DNA from: Patescibacteria group bacterium
GTDB lineage: Bacteria > Patescibacteriota > Minisyncoccia > Phycocordibacterales > Phycocordibacteraceae
DNA: 64,000 nucleotides
Assembly: GCA_019744845.1 (NCBI GenBank)
Contig: JAIETW010000001.1
Location: 12,623-76,622, forward strand
Direction: 5' to 3'
The position numbers and the translations under genes are program-made. The notes under the pieces were generated by a model, which saw only the letters and a list, made by a program, of their open reading frames with translations, had not been told where the DNA came from and searched no databases. Below are positions 9,524 to 19,846 of this stretch, one piece after another. Within the stretch, counting starts at the first letter, position 1. Each line of letters starts with the position of its first letter.

Positions 9524-11260
9524 ATGCGTGCGGCACTCCGGTTACGACTCCGGGTCATCGCCGCCCTTATCATGGTGGTCGCGTTTCTGCTTATCGCGCG
9601 ACTCTATTTCGTACAAATTGTTGATGGGGAAGAGTATTCCCTTCGTGCAGAGCGGCAATATGTGAGTGCGAGTCGCACCATCTACGACCGGGGAAGTATT
9701 TACTTCACGCGAAAAGACGGGACACAGCTTTCTGGCGCTGCACTTGGTACTGGTTTTCTTGTAGCGATAGATCCTTCTAAGCTTAAGAAGCCTGATGAGG
9801 TGTATGCAACATTGTCTACGCACTTTGAACTTGAGGAAGAGGAGTTTGATGCTGCAGTCGCAAAGATCAATGATCCGTATGAGGTGCTCGCTCGTCGTGT
9901 ACCTGAAGATGCAGGGCGAGCTATTTCTGACCTTGAGATACCAGGAGTGATCATAGAGCGTGAACGTTGGCGCATATATCCCGCAGAAGATCGTGCGGCA
10001 CAGACGGTGGGATTTGTGGCCTATGACAATGATAACGACCTTGCAGGACGCTTTGGTCTTGAGCGTTACTACGAAGATGTTCTGTCGCGCAGCAACACAG
10101 GACTCTTTGGAAACTTCTTTGCAGAGCTATTTGCGAATCTTGATGATGCGGTTGGAGATGCCAATCATGCCCGCTCTGGGAACTTGGTCACTGCGATAGA
10201 GCCAGTGGTGCTAGAGAAGTTGGATCAGGTATTAATGAACGTGCAGACAAAGTATGGAAGTGCCGAGACGGGAGGTATCATCATGAACCCTAAGACGGGG
10301 GAGATCATTGCGCTTCAGACGGTTCCATCCTTTGACCCGAATGTGTTTGCCAAAGAAGATTCAGACTATTTTGGTAATCCACTGGTAGAGAGCCGGTATG
10401 AGTTCGGCTCTATCGTGAAGGCACTTACCATGGCTTCTGGTATAGATGCGGGCGTTATTACGGCGAATACTACCTACAACGATACAGGAACCATCACACT
10501 CAACAGCAAGACCATCTCTAACTTTGATGGGAAAGCGCGTGGAGTGGTGCCGATGCAGGAGGTCCTCTCACAATCTCTTAACACCGGCGTATCGTTTATC
10601 GCAGGGAAGCTCGGGCATGAACGCTTTCGTGGTTACTTTGAAAAGCTTGGCATGGGTGCAGAGACCGGTATAGATCTTCCAAGTGAGATCCCTGGCACCA
10701 TAGATAACATTCTGAAGAGTCCTCGTGATGTGGAATATGCGACTGCATCCTTCGGTCAAGGTATCGCACAAACGCCGGTAGAGATGATTAAAGCGCTTGG
10801 TGCGCTTGCGAATGATGGGAAGGTGGTGACACCACACATTGTGCGCTCCATTCGTCTTGAGTCGGGAATCACCAAAGATCTATCATGGGGAAATCCAGAA
10901 GAGGTCTACAGCCCCGAAGCAGTAGAAGAAGTGACTCGCATGCTGGTGAATGTGGTGGATCATTCACTTGCGGGCGGGAACGTGGCAATTCCCGAAATGA
11001 GTGTAGCGGCAAAGACTGGTACCGCACAGATTTCTGCGCCCTCAGGTGGCTACTACGATGACCGCTACTTCCACTCCTTCTTTGGGTACTTCCCAGCCTA
11101 TGAGCCTAAGTTCATTATTCTGCTCTATACCCGGGAGCCGGGAGGTGTGCGCTATGCCTCTGAGACCCTCACGGATCCATTTATGGAGCTTACCAGCTTC
11201 CTCATCAGCTACTACGCAATTCCGCCGGACAGGGTAGAATATGCCGAGTCCGAAGAGTAA
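9524..11260 (+). CDS. ftsI: Cell division class B PBP (FtsI/PBP3-like)
   Basis: RGSIY; SIVK, SLN and KTG motifs; dcw position. Confidence 0.85.
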   Translation: MRAALRLRLRVIAALIMVVAFLLIARLYFVQIVDGEEYSLRAERQYVSASRTIYDRGSIYFTRKDGTQLSGAALGTGFLVAIDPSKLKKPDEVYATLSTHFELEEEEFDAAVAKINDPYEVLARRVPEDAGRAISDLEIPGVIIERERWRIYPAEDRAAQTVGFVAYDNDNDLAGRFGLERYYEDVLSRSNTGLFGNFFAELFANLDDAVGDANHARSGNLVTAIEPVVLEKLDQVLMNVQTKYGSAETGGIIMNPKTGEIIALQTVPSFDPNVFAKEDSDYFGNPLVESRYEFGSIVKALTMASGIDAGVITANTTYNDTGTITLNSKTISNFDGKARGVVPMQEVLSQSLNTGVSFIAGKLGHERFRGYFEKLGMGAETGIDLPSEIPGTIDNILKSPRDVEYATASFGQGIAQTPVEMIKALGALANDGKVVTPHIVRSIRLESGITKDLSWGNPEEVYSPEAVEEVTRMLVNVVDHSLAGGNVAIPEMSVAAKTGTAQISAPSGGYYDDRYFHSFFGYFPAYEPKFIILLYTREPGGVRYASETLTDPFMELTSFLISYYAIPPDRVEYAESEE

Positions 11261-11266
11261 GGGGAT

Positions 11267-12553
11267 ATGAAAGCACTACTACGAAGCTTCGTTGCTGAGA
11301 TTCTTGCGCATCTTGCGCGGGCGGTTATTACGAAGTACCAGCCTATGATTGTGATGGTGACGGGGAGCGTCGGAAAGACCTCCACCAAGGATGCGGTCGC
11401 TGCGGCCCTCTCCACCACCTATGACCTCCGCGCAAGTGAGAAAAGTTATAACACCGAATTTGGAGTTCCGTTTACCATCTTCGGCGCACAGAACCCTTGG
11501 AACAGTGTCACGGCATGGATAGGGGTAGTACACCGAGCGCTTGCGCTCGTTTTTATGACTCGGGCATATCCACAATTGTTGGTACTTGAAGTCGGAGCAG
11601 ATCGTCCTGGAGATCTTGCAAAGATACTTCGCATTGTGACTCCTGATGCAGTCGTCGTTACTCATCTTCCGAACGTTCCTGTGCATGTGGAAGCGTATGC
11701 CTCTCCACGAGCAGTACACGAAGAAGAGTTTGCTCCTGCGTACGCGCTTCCTGATGGTGCACCCCTCATTCTTTCTTGTGATGACGGTCATGCACTCAAG
11801 ATGGCAGAGAAGCTACCAGTAGAGGTTTTCAGTTTTGGATTTACCAAGGGTGCAGATGTAGAGATCATGAACCCGGAGCCATATCTTTCTGGAAATACTG
11901 TCACCGGCATGAAGGCAACCGTCATTACCGATGGCACATCATATCCACTCATTGTTACAGGCGCTCTAGGGCGCCCTCAGCTTTATGCTCCTGCAGCTGC
12001 GCTCGCACTTGCAAAAGGTCTTGGTATTTCTGTAGAAGAGGCGCTTAAGGCATTGAAGGCATACGTACCACCCCCAGGCCGCGCACGTCTTCTTTCTGGT
12101 GTGAATGGGTCCACCCTTATTGATGATTCATATAATGCGTCTCCAGCCGCAGTCGTAGAAAGCCTCTCTGCACTCGCGCTTATGAAAGGTGGACGGAAGA
12201 TTGCCGTTTTGGGTGACATGCTTGAGCTTGGACGGTACTCAGTAGAGGAGCATGAGCGCCTTGGGAAAGAAGTTGCAAAGTCTGTGGATGTTCTCGTTGC
12301 AGTTGGTGCTCGTTCACAGGTAGTTGCGTCTGCAGCACGTGCGGCAGGTCTTAAAGAAGACATGGTGCACGAGCATACAAAGTCTCCAGAAGCCGCAGAG
12401 GCACTCCTCGGTCTCGTGCAAGAAGGGGATCTGGTACTTATCAAGGGCTCCCAAGGCATGCGGATGGAACGCATAGTGGCTCGTCTTCTAGAAGATCAGA
12501 AAGATACGGATAAGCTCGTGCGTCAGGAGACGGAATGGCTTCTCATTAAGTAG
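11267..12553 (+). CDS. murF: UDP-MurNAc-tripeptide--D-Ala-D-Ala ligase
   Basis: VTGSVGKTSTK, DDSYNASP, VLGDMLELG, LIKGS. Confidence 0.93.
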   Translation: MKALLRSFVAEILAHLARAVITKYQPMIVMVTGSVGKTSTKDAVAAALSTTYDLRASEKSYNTEFGVPFTIFGAQNPWNSVTAWIGVVHRALALVFMTRAYPQLLVLEVGADRPGDLAKILRIVTPDAVVVTHLPNVPVHVEAYASPRAVHEEEFAPAYALPDGAPLILSCDDGHALKMAEKLPVEVFSFGFTKGADVEIMNPEPYLSGNTVTGMKATVITDGTSYPLIVTGALGRPQLYAPAAALALAKGLGISVEEALKALKAYVPPPGRARLLSGVNGSTLIDDSYNASPAAVVESLSALALMKGGRKIAVLGDMLELGRYSVEEHERLGKEVAKSVDVLVAVGARSQVVASAARAAGLKEDMVHEHTKSPEAAEALLGLVQEGDLVLIKGSQGMRMERIVARLLEDQKDTDKLVRQETEWLLIK

Positions 12554-12555
12554 CC

Positions 12556-12584
12556 TTGCCCGAATCGCCCAGTCTTGGTATTTT
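12556..12584 (+). promoter_or_regulatory. Promoter of tRNA-Glu
   Basis: TTGCCC-17 nt-TATTTT with an extended TG, 10 nt before the tRNA. Confidence 0.55.
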
Positions 12585-12594
12585 GAGTCCCACT

Positions 12595-12669
12595 GGCCTC
12601 ATCGTCTAACGGTTAGGACGCTAGCCTCTCACGCTGGAAATCGGGGTTCGATTCCCCGTGAGGTCACCA
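12595..12669 (+). tRNA. tRNA-Glu(CTC)
   Basis: Cloverleaf GGCCTCA/TGAGGTC; anticodon arm CTAGC-CT-CTC-AC-GCTGG; GGTTCGATTCC; encoded CCA. Confidence 0.96.
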
Positions 12670-12701
12670 CCAACTGTGCGCGCATCTAGTATAGTTCTGT
12701 A

Positions 12702-13595
12702 ATGATTGACCCGGTCTTCTACGTTTTTGTTGCGGTCGCTATTCTTTCATACGGCATACAAAGTCCGTTGAATGTACTTTTCTCACGGCGCCTCGGGGCG
12801 CTACGTTTTACAGTCTATAGAAATCTTTCCTTGGCCGTCACTATGGCGCCGGTGCTTCTATTTGCGCCATGGGAAGAGGTGCTTGCGATTCACACCATGC
12901 TTCCTGTGCTCCTTCTCGCGTCTGCCACAGGTGCGTTTGGTTTTATCTGTCTTCAGACTGCGGCACGGTATCTTCCTGTAGGGATTACGCAGGCTATACG
13001 GCAGGCAGTGTATGTAACCGGCACGGTCATACTTGGGGCACTGTTTTTTGGTGAGTATTTGACTCTTATGCAGCTTCTGGTGCTTGCGGGCGTGCTCTTG
13101 GCGAGTGTATTCATTATGGTCTCTCGCTCAAATCACGCGCACCTTGATAGCAGCAAGCATGGACGCGGAGTGATGTTTTCAGTCGTTGCGGGAGTGAGTG
13201 TGGCGTTCAGTTTCTACTTCTTTAGTCAGCTCTCACGTGAACTCAATCCGCTTGTTGCAGGATATTTCTGGGAAGCAACGATTGGAGTGCTTACGTTCGC
13301 CTACATGCTGTTTGAGAAATATAGAGGAGCATATGTTGACCCAATTACACTGCCGCTCAAAGAGATTGGGGTGATTGCGCTCATGTCGCTTACCACTATT
13401 AGCGGTACGCTTGGGTATGCGTATGCGGTTAACTATGGCCCCTTTGCACTTGCGTCAGGACTTGTGACCTCCACGGTACTTATTTCAGCGGTGGTGAGCT
13501 GGTTCTTGTTTAAGGAACGCCTGACTATGTGGCAGGTGTGTCTGATCCTTATTGTGACCGGATTAATGATTCTTCTTCGCTTTATATCGGGATAG
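12702..13595 (+). CDS. DMT/EamA family transporter
   Basis: About 10 TM helices in two repeats (LFFGEYLT / FLFKERLT). Confidence 0.85.
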   Translation: MIDPVFYVFVAVAILSYGIQSPLNVLFSRRLGALRFTVYRNLSLAVTMAPVLLFAPWEEVLAIHTMLPVLLLASATGAFGFICLQTAARYLPVGITQAIRQAVYVTGTVILGALFFGEYLTLMQLLVLAGVLLASVFIMVSRSNHAHLDSSKHGRGVMFSVVAGVSVAFSFYFFSQLSRELNPLVAGYFWEATIGVLTFAYMLFEKYRGAYVDPITLPLKEIGVIALMSLTTISGTLGYAYAVNYGPFALASGLVTSTVLISAVVSWFLFKERLTMWQVCLILIVTGLMILLRFISG

Positions 13596-14466
13596 CGATA
13601 TAGCAAATGGGCCAGCCGAGTTGCCAGTGCGCTTTGAGTTTTGGGAAGATGACGAATGCGTCCTGATCAAGTGTGACAGGATCGTCACCGTGGTACCCAA
13701 GCACCTCTCCTGCCTTAAGTGGCTCAAAAGACGCTAACCCTCTTCCGTCCGCAAATGTGAAGCCGCGTTCGTCAAGTTTGATGGTTTTATAGAAGCGATA
13801 CGTGCATATCGTGTGAGAGGGTAGTGGTGGTAGTGGATTCGTGGAGAGTCCGAAATCAGACAAGACTGCCTCCACACTTCTTTTTGTTTCTTCTATGCGG
13901 CCCGCATCGTTCACCCACCCTGATTCAATGCACATGCCGACCTTACCCATGCGGTCTGCATATTCGTCAGTGGTGACGGGTCCATCACCAAACACGTACT
14001 CTGGGTCTTCAATGACGTGCGTAATAGGGAACCACCGATAGACACGAGCGTGTCTCTCGTCTGCTCGGGAGCAAATGAACGTGGAAGAAGGTTTATTGGT
14101 TGAGTGGATATCAAGGGTGAGGTCTGCTTCTCGTATTAGTCGAGCGAGAGTAATGGCACGCTCTTCTTCCCATGACTGGTCAATACGATCTATAAGATGT
14201 GCGTCACTAAATTGACGATTGAGATCTTTGCCGTCTATCCATCGCTCATTTTTCTCAATCGCACGCGTGTTACCGAGTGCAAGCGTAAGAGTGCCAGACG
14301 CAAGATGACGTCCATCCTCAAATTCTTTAAGAAGCATGCGCACGACTTCAATACCTGCTGCTTCATTCCCGTGCATGCCGCCGATAATGCATACAGAAGG
14401 ACCAGGCACCGTGCTTTGTATGCGCCAGATAGAGTCTCCGATATTCTCGGGTGTGGTGTCGTCCAT
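13582..14466 (-). CDS. Succinylglutamate desuccinylase/aspartoacylase family (M14-like) hydrolase
   Basis: GMHGNE, DLNR, LDIH, IESG motifs. Confidence 0.88.
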   Translation of the reverse strand: MDDTTPENIGDSIWRIQSTVPGPSVCIIGGMHGNEAAGIEVVRMLLKEFEDGRHLASGTLTLALGNTRAIEKNERWIDGKDLNRQFSDAHLIDRIDQSWEEERAITLARLIREADLTLDIHSTNKPSSTFICSRADERHARVYRWFPITHVIEDPEYVFGDGPVTTDEYADRMGKVGMCIESGWVNDAGRIEETKRSVEAVLSDFGLSTNPLPPLPSHTICTYRFYKTIKLDERGFTFADGRGLASFEPLKAGEVLGYHGDDPVTLDQDAFVIFPKLKAHWQLGWPICYIAIPI

Positions 14467-14479
14467 AGAGGTGGAGCAA

Positions 14480-14932
14480 TTACCCGAGAAGTGCGTCGAC
14501 GACTGCCTTTACGTCGCCTCCGTCTGCCTTACCCTTGAGGTCCTTCATGACGGCACCAGTCACCATGCCTGCCTTTGATTTATCTGCGCCCATTTCTGCG
14601 ATCTTGGCTTTTGCGACTACCTCAATCTCTTCACGAGACATCTGGGCAGGAAGGAGCTCACTAATGATGACAAGCTCTGCTTTCTCAGGCTCTGCAAGTT
14701 CATTGCGTCCTGCCTTCTCAAACTGCTCTATGGAATCCTTGCGCTGGTTTGCGGCACGCTTAAGGACGGCAATCGCTTCGTCATCCGTAAGGAATTCATC
14801 AGGCTTACGCTTCTTGGCAACGACCTCATTGGTCATTGCGGTCACCAACGAGCGGATGGTACGGAGACGCACCTCGTCTTTGGCGCGCATAGCGTCGGGG
14901 ATACCTGCCTTGATGGATTCGTGGATAGTCAT
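14480..14932 (-). CDS. GatB/YqeY domain protein
   Basis: AMRAKDEVRL, QRKDSIEQF..AGR, LKGKADG; start set at MTIHES. Confidence 0.9.
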   Translation of the reverse strand: MTIHESIKAGIPDAMRAKDEVRLRTIRSLVTAMTNEVVAKKRKPDEFLTDDEAIAVLKRAANQRKDSIEQFEKAGRNELAEPEKAELVIISELLPAQMSREEIEVVAKAKIAEMGADKSKAGMVTGAVMKDLKGKADGGDVKAVVDALLG

Positions 14933-14957
14933 ATTTGGATAGGGTACCATAGAGGCA

Positions 14958-17642
14958 ATGCAACAACAGGTGTGGCATTCACTTATTGCGGACGAGGTCG
15001 TCCGCTCTCTTTCTACCGATTCGGAGAAAGGTCTCACCAAGGAGGAGGCCGCTCTTCGGCTTGCCAGTGGCCGTAATCGTCTGCCGAAGGTAAAGGGAGA
15101 GTCTCTTTACTCACGTATTCTCCGACAGTTCTCGAGCCCGATTGCAGTGGTGCTTTTACTTGCCGCGCTCGCGACGACGCTTCTATCTCACTACACGGAC
15201 GCCATTGTTATTTCTGTCGCACTCCTCGTGAATGTGATAATTGGCCTCATACAAGAAGGGCGCGCTTCTCGCGCCTTTGAGGCATTAAAGAAGAGTGAGG
15301 CAAAGCAGGCGGTGGTCATCCGCGATGGCGAACCTGCAAAGATTCCTGCAGAGGAGTTGGTGGCGGGTGATTTGGTTGTACTCATTGCGGGGACTGCAGT
15401 CCCAGCCGATATTCGCCTTGTGGAGGCGCATGCGCTGACCGTCAATGAGTCTGCACTTTCAGGAGAGTGGCTTCCGATAGAGAAAGACACCGAGGCGCGA
15501 GATGAGAACGCACCTCTTGTGGAGCGAACGGGTATGGTGTATTCCAGCACTCTGATCGTCTCAGGTGCGGGCCAAGGTGTGGTGGTGGCGGTTGGTTCAG
15601 CGACTGAATTTGGGGTTATAGCGAAAGAGCTGGGTGCTGTACAGACTGTCGTAACGCCGCTCATGCGCGACATTCGTCAGATTGCGCGCTTTATTGTGAT
15701 GATCAGCGCGACCATCATGCTTTTCACAGTCCTGCTCGGACTTTTGCGCGGAATTTCATTTGAAGAAACTCTCCTTACCGCGATTGCACTTGCAGTGGCC
15801 AGTGTTCCTGAAGGACTCCCTGCAGCAGTGACGGTGGTGCTCGCGCTCGGTATGGAACGCATTTTGAAATCAGGAGGATTGGTGCGTAATCTGCTTGCCG
15901 CAGAGACGCTTGGAACGACGAGCGTTATTCTGACTGACAAGACGGGGACTCTTACTCTGGGGCAGATGAATATTCATTCGTACATCACGTACTCAGGTGT
16001 CAGTACGGATAACGCGGATGCGGAAGCGCGTGCACTCTTATCTGCTGCAGTCCTGGCGTCAGATGCATACGTAGAAGAACGTGCTGACGCAAAAGAAGGA
16101 GAGGAGAGGCTTGTGGCGCATGGTCGCCCAATAGAGCAGGCGGTGATTCTTGAAGGTCTTAAGATTGGAATTGCGGGACCTGAACTTCGGGGAAGTTGCC
16201 CCCGAACAGATGAGCTCCATTTTGACTCGGCACGTCGCTTTGGCGGTATGTTGGTGCGCGAGCAGGGGGAGTCAATTGCGTATCTTTCTGGCGCTCCTGA
16301 ACTCTTCCTTTCTAAGGTCAAATTTGTGCGAGATGGAAAAGGGGTAGAGCATACGATGACTGACGAGATGGCAAGCCGATTTGCGCTTGGATTGAATGAA
16401 GCGGCGCGAGATGGCAAGCGAGTGATTGCGTTGATGCGAGTGAAGACAGCAAGTGATCGGTTTCCACAAGAAAATCAGGATGCAATGCTCGCACAGGGAT
16501 GCCTCATTGGCCTTCTCGTATTTTCTGATCAGATCCGGCCAGAAATCTATGACGCCATTCGTGACATGCACGGTGCCGGAGCTCGTGTCCTCATGCTTAC
16601 GGGAGATAATCCAGAGACCGCGCTTGCCATTGCTAAAGAGGTCGGTATTGCAGGACCAAATGACCGTGCATATACCGGAGCAGAGCTTGAGGTCATGTCA
16701 GACGAAGAACTGCTGAAGGTCTTGAGAAAGAACCACGTTTTTGCGCGTGTCGTTCCCTCACAGAAACTTCGCATGGCCAATGTATTGGTAGGAAGTGGAG
16801 AGGTGGTGGCAATGACTGGAGATGGAGTCAACGACGCACCGGCACTCTCGGCTGCTTCTATCGGCGTTGCGGTTGGGTCGGGTACTGATGTGGCGAAAGA
16901 AGCATCGGATCTCGTGCTGCTCAGTAACGGCTTCGGTGTCATTACCGCCGCGATTCGTGAAGGACGTCGCCTTCGTGACAACTTTAAAAAGATCTTTGCG
17001 TACATGTTGTCTACGAACTTTAGCGAAGTGGTACTGATTACATTTGCGCTTATTTTCGCTCTGCCGTTGCCTATTCTTCCTACCCAGATTCTCTGGGCTA
17101 ATCTTATTCAAGGTGGGCTTATGAACTTTGCATTTGCGTTTGAGCCTCTGTATCCGTCTGCGATGAAGCGAAAACCAAAAGATCCAGATGTGGCACAGGT
17201 GCTTTCCTCTAAACTCATTAAACTTATTGCACTTGTGGGTACGGTAACGGCGAGTGTGCTTATTCTCATCTATCTCGCACTTTACTCTATGCGGTTTCCG
17301 CTTATTGAAATTCAGACCATGATGTTTATTGGTGTTTCTATGAATACTATCTTCATTGCGTTCTCAATTAAGAGCTTCGGTACGCCACTGTGGCGCCTCT
17401 CTCTCCTCTCAAATAAGTTCTTGTTGGTGGCACTTCTCGCAAGCCTGGCCATGCTTATCGCAGCGCTATACATTCCTGCGCTTCAGATGTTGATACATAC
17501 GGTTCCTCCATCGCCTCTCTACATTGCGATTCTTCTTGGATTCGGGATTGTGAACATGCTCACTATTGAACTTGCCAAGTGGCTCTTCTTTATCCGTCCT
17601 GAGGAAGAGGAAATGCACCGCCGAGGATTGGTGACAGCCTAG
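14958..17642 (+). CDS. Cation-transporting P-type ATPase (type II)
   Basis: LSGE, VPEGLP, DKTGTLT, TGDN, MTGDGVNDAPAL. Confidence 0.95.
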   Translation: MQQQVWHSLIADEVVRSLSTDSEKGLTKEEAALRLASGRNRLPKVKGESLYSRILRQFSSPIAVVLLLAALATTLLSHYTDAIVISVALLVNVIIGLIQEGRASRAFEALKKSEAKQAVVIRDGEPAKIPAEELVAGDLVVLIAGTAVPADIRLVEAHALTVNESALSGEWLPIEKDTEARDENAPLVERTGMVYSSTLIVSGAGQGVVVAVGSATEFGVIAKELGAVQTVVTPLMRDIRQIARFIVMISATIMLFTVLLGLLRGISFEETLLTAIALAVASVPEGLPAAVTVVLALGMERILKSGGLVRNLLAAETLGTTSVILTDKTGTLTLGQMNIHSYITYSGVSTDNADAEARALLSAAVLASDAYVEERADAKEGEERLVAHGRPIEQAVILEGLKIGIAGPELRGSCPRTDELHFDSARRFGGMLVREQGESIAYLSGAPELFLSKVKFVRDGKGVEHTMTDEMASRFALGLNEAARDGKRVIALMRVKTASDRFPQENQDAMLAQGCLIGLLVFSDQIRPEIYDAIRDMHGAGARVLMLTGDNPETALAIAKEVGIAGPNDRAYTGAELEVMSDEELLKVLRKNHVFARVVPSQKLRMANVLVGSGEVVAMTGDGVNDAPALSAASIGVAVGSGTDVAKEASDLVLLSNGFGVITAAIREGRRLRDNFKKIFAYMLSTNFSEVVLITFALIFALPLPILPTQILWANLIQGGLMNFAFAFEPLYPSAMKRKPKDPDVAQVLSSKLIKLIALVGTVTASVLILIYLALYSMRFPLIEIQTMMFIGVSMNTIFIAFSIKSFGTPLWRLSLLSNKFLLVALLASLAMLIAALYIPALQMLIHTVPPSPLYIAILLGFGIVNMLTIELAKWLFFIRPEEEEMHRRGLVTA

Positions 17643-17902
17643 TTCTTCTTCCTGATCTCGTACTTTTGGTGCAAGTGCATCAGATCTTTCTTCACCTCCT
17701 TAAGAAGAGTGTACTGGCGCTCGGTAAGTTCTGACTTACTACACTGCGCTATGGTTTCTTCCACAAAGCCAAGGATAGTCGCAAGCATAGGGAAGTAGTC
17801 CCCGCTTTTTACGTGGAATTCTAGGCGTTCAATACGATGATCGTCTGCCGCATCGCGGAAGGTATAGAACATAGGAGAGAGCACATACACACGTTCGTTC
17901 AT
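17639..17902 (-). CDS. Hypothetical protein
   Basis: 87 aa ORF coupled to radC by a 4 nt overlap. Confidence 0.6.
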   Translation of the reverse strand: MNERVYVLSPMFYTFRDAADDHRIERLEFHVKSGDYFPMLATILGFVEETIAQCSKSELTERQYTLLKEVKKDLMHLHQKYEIRKKN

Positions 17903-18639
17903 ACTTGGTAGCGGGTAGGCACGCTCGCGAAGCCTTCCTTAGTCACAATGACGTGATCTACAAGTGGAATGCCAAGCTGTGTCCCGGCAGCAACGAGCTG
18001 CTCAGTAACTTGAAGATCCGCAGAAGAAGGGTCGGTGACTCCTGAAGGGTGATTGTGGACGAGAATCACTGCGGCAGCAGAATACTCAAGCGCAGGACGG
18101 AATACTTCGCGTGGGTGCACGATGTTTGCGTCTACGGTACCAATAGAAATCACTTCGTCGTGAATCACTTTGTAGTGTGCATTCAAATAGAGGCCACGAA
18201 GGTGTTCTTTTGAAAGAGTGCGCATGTCAGCGACATGCTCATACACCTCGCGTGCCGTGCGAATCGTTGGGGCACCATTGCCATTACGCTCAAAGAAGCG
18301 ACGACCGAGCTCTCCCGCAGCCACAATTTGCGCCGCTTTCCCAAGAGGAATATCAAGATCCTTTGAAAGACGCTCAGCGCTGGTCTGGCTCATGACGCCA
18401 CGCTCTCCATAGTCCTGCATGATGCGGCGGGCCATCCCGAGTACGTCTTCTTTGGTCGTCCCCACGTTCAAAAGAACGGCCATAAGTTCGGTCGTAGAGA
18501 GGGATCCGGGTCCTTCAGCAATCAAGCGCTCACGTGGGCGCTCGTCCTGAGGGAGGTCATGGACCGTAAGGACGTACTTACGCTCGGCATTATCAAGAAC
18601 GAGCGGAGAAGGAGTGACAAGGTATTGTTTGTCAGCCAT
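17899..18639 (-). CDS. radC: RadC family JAB-domain protein
   Basis: ERPRERL, VHPREVF, HNHPSG, DHVI; start set at MADKQ. Confidence 0.93.
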   Translation of the reverse strand: MADKQYLVTPSPLVLDNAERKYVLTVHDLPQDERPRERLIAEGPGSLSTTELMAVLLNVGTTKEDVLGMARRIMQDYGERGVMSQTSAERLSKDLDIPLGKAAQIVAAGELGRRFFERNGNGAPTIRTAREVYEHVADMRTLSKEHLRGLYLNAHYKVIHDEVISIGTVDANIVHPREVFRPALEYSAAAVILVHNHPSGVTDPSSADLQVTEQLVAAGTQLGIPLVDHVIVTKEGFASVPTRYQV

Positions 18640-18701
18640 TACAAAAAGCATACCACTGTGGGGACAGGCAATTCTTGTTATACACGGGTATAATTGGGGG
18701 A

Positions 18702-19751
18702 ATGGATTTCCTTACTATTGGCATTATCGTTTTCGTCGTCCTCCTGGCCCAGGGTGTGGTCTATTTCCTACTCCGAAACAAGAAAGCGCCTGAGGCAGAC
18801 CAGGGCGGCTTCATGCTGCTTCAGCAGCAGCTGCAGGAGCTTCGGCAGACTCTTGATGCACGGGTGAGTGAGTCGTCTAAGCAGATGAATGAGACCGTGC
18901 GTGCCCAGCTTGGAGAGTCCTCTCGCCTCATTAAAGAGATCACAGAAGAGATTACCTCTGTGAAAGAGATTGGCCGCCAGACCCAAGGATTTACCGAGCA
19001 GCTTAAGTCTCTTCAGGATGTGCTTAAGAATCCAAAGCAGCGTGGAGTGCTTGGGGAGTATTACTTGGAGACTACGCTTAAGAACGTGCTTCCGCCCGAT
19101 GGCTATCAGATCCAGTATCCATTTGCGAATGGCGAGATCGTGGATGCCGTCGTGTTTGTAAACGGAAAGATTGTTCCGGTAGATTCTAAGTTCTCGCTTG
19201 AGAACTACAACCGCCTCATCAACTGCGATCCATCAGATCGGGTCGCGCTGGAGAAGGCGTTTGTGAATGACCTTAAGCTCCGTATTCAGGAGACGTCCAA
19301 GTACATTCGCCCTGAAGAGGGGACTATGGATTTCGCATTCATGTTCATTCCTTCAGAAGGTATCTATTACGATCTTTTGACGAACCAGGTGGGTGCCGGG
19401 GAAGATGAGAACCTGCTTCAGCGTGCGGCTGCCAAGAACAAAGTTATCATCGTCTCTCCTACCTCGTTCCTCGCATACTTGCAGACGGTGCTGGTGGGAT
19501 TGAATGCACTCAAGATTGAGAAGCGTGCAGAAGAGATCCAGAAGCGTGTCTCTGAGCTCACCAAGCACATTGATAGCTGGGGTGGATACTACCAGAAGCT
19601 CGGAAATGCTCTCGGTACTGCCGTCTCGCACTACAACTCTTCATACAAAGAGCTTGGAAAGATTGATAAGGACGTGTATCGCATCTCCGGAGAAAAGGTG
19701 GGGATTGAGACGGCACTTCTTGAGAAGCCAAAGATGGGGGAGGATACGTAG
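18702..19751 (+). CDS. rmuC: DNA recombination protein RmuC family
   Basis: N-terminal TM and coiled coil; KQRGVLGE, VDSKF, FAFMFIPSE, VSPT. Confidence 0.92.
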   Translation: MDFLTIGIIVFVVLLAQGVVYFLLRNKKAPEADQGGFMLLQQQLQELRQTLDARVSESSKQMNETVRAQLGESSRLIKEITEEITSVKEIGRQTQGFTEQLKSLQDVLKNPKQRGVLGEYYLETTLKNVLPPDGYQIQYPFANGEIVDAVVFVNGKIVPVDSKFSLENYNRLINCDPSDRVALEKAFVNDLKLRIQETSKYIRPEEGTMDFAFMFIPSEGIYYDLLTNQVGAGEDENLLQRAAAKNKVIIVSPTSFLAYLQTVLVGLNALKIEKRAEEIQKRVSELTKHIDSWGGYYQKLGNALGTAVSHYNSSYKELGKIDKDVYRISGEKVGIETALLEKPKMGEDT

Positions 19752-19846
19752 ATTTGACAATACCTATATATGTGTCTTAGGGCCCCTCTTGAGGCCTTAG
19801 ACCCTGTATTTACATATATACGCTTTTCGGGTAGAGTAGCCGGATT

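Noticed and set aside
12595-12701. Integrated element at tRNA-Glu (tRNA-Tyr was also checked)
   Set aside because: No integrase and no duplicated tRNA 3' end were seen.
17899-18639. radC as a marker of a mobile or defence element
   Set aside because: Full-length chromosomal type among housekeeping genes, with no mobility or defence neighbours.
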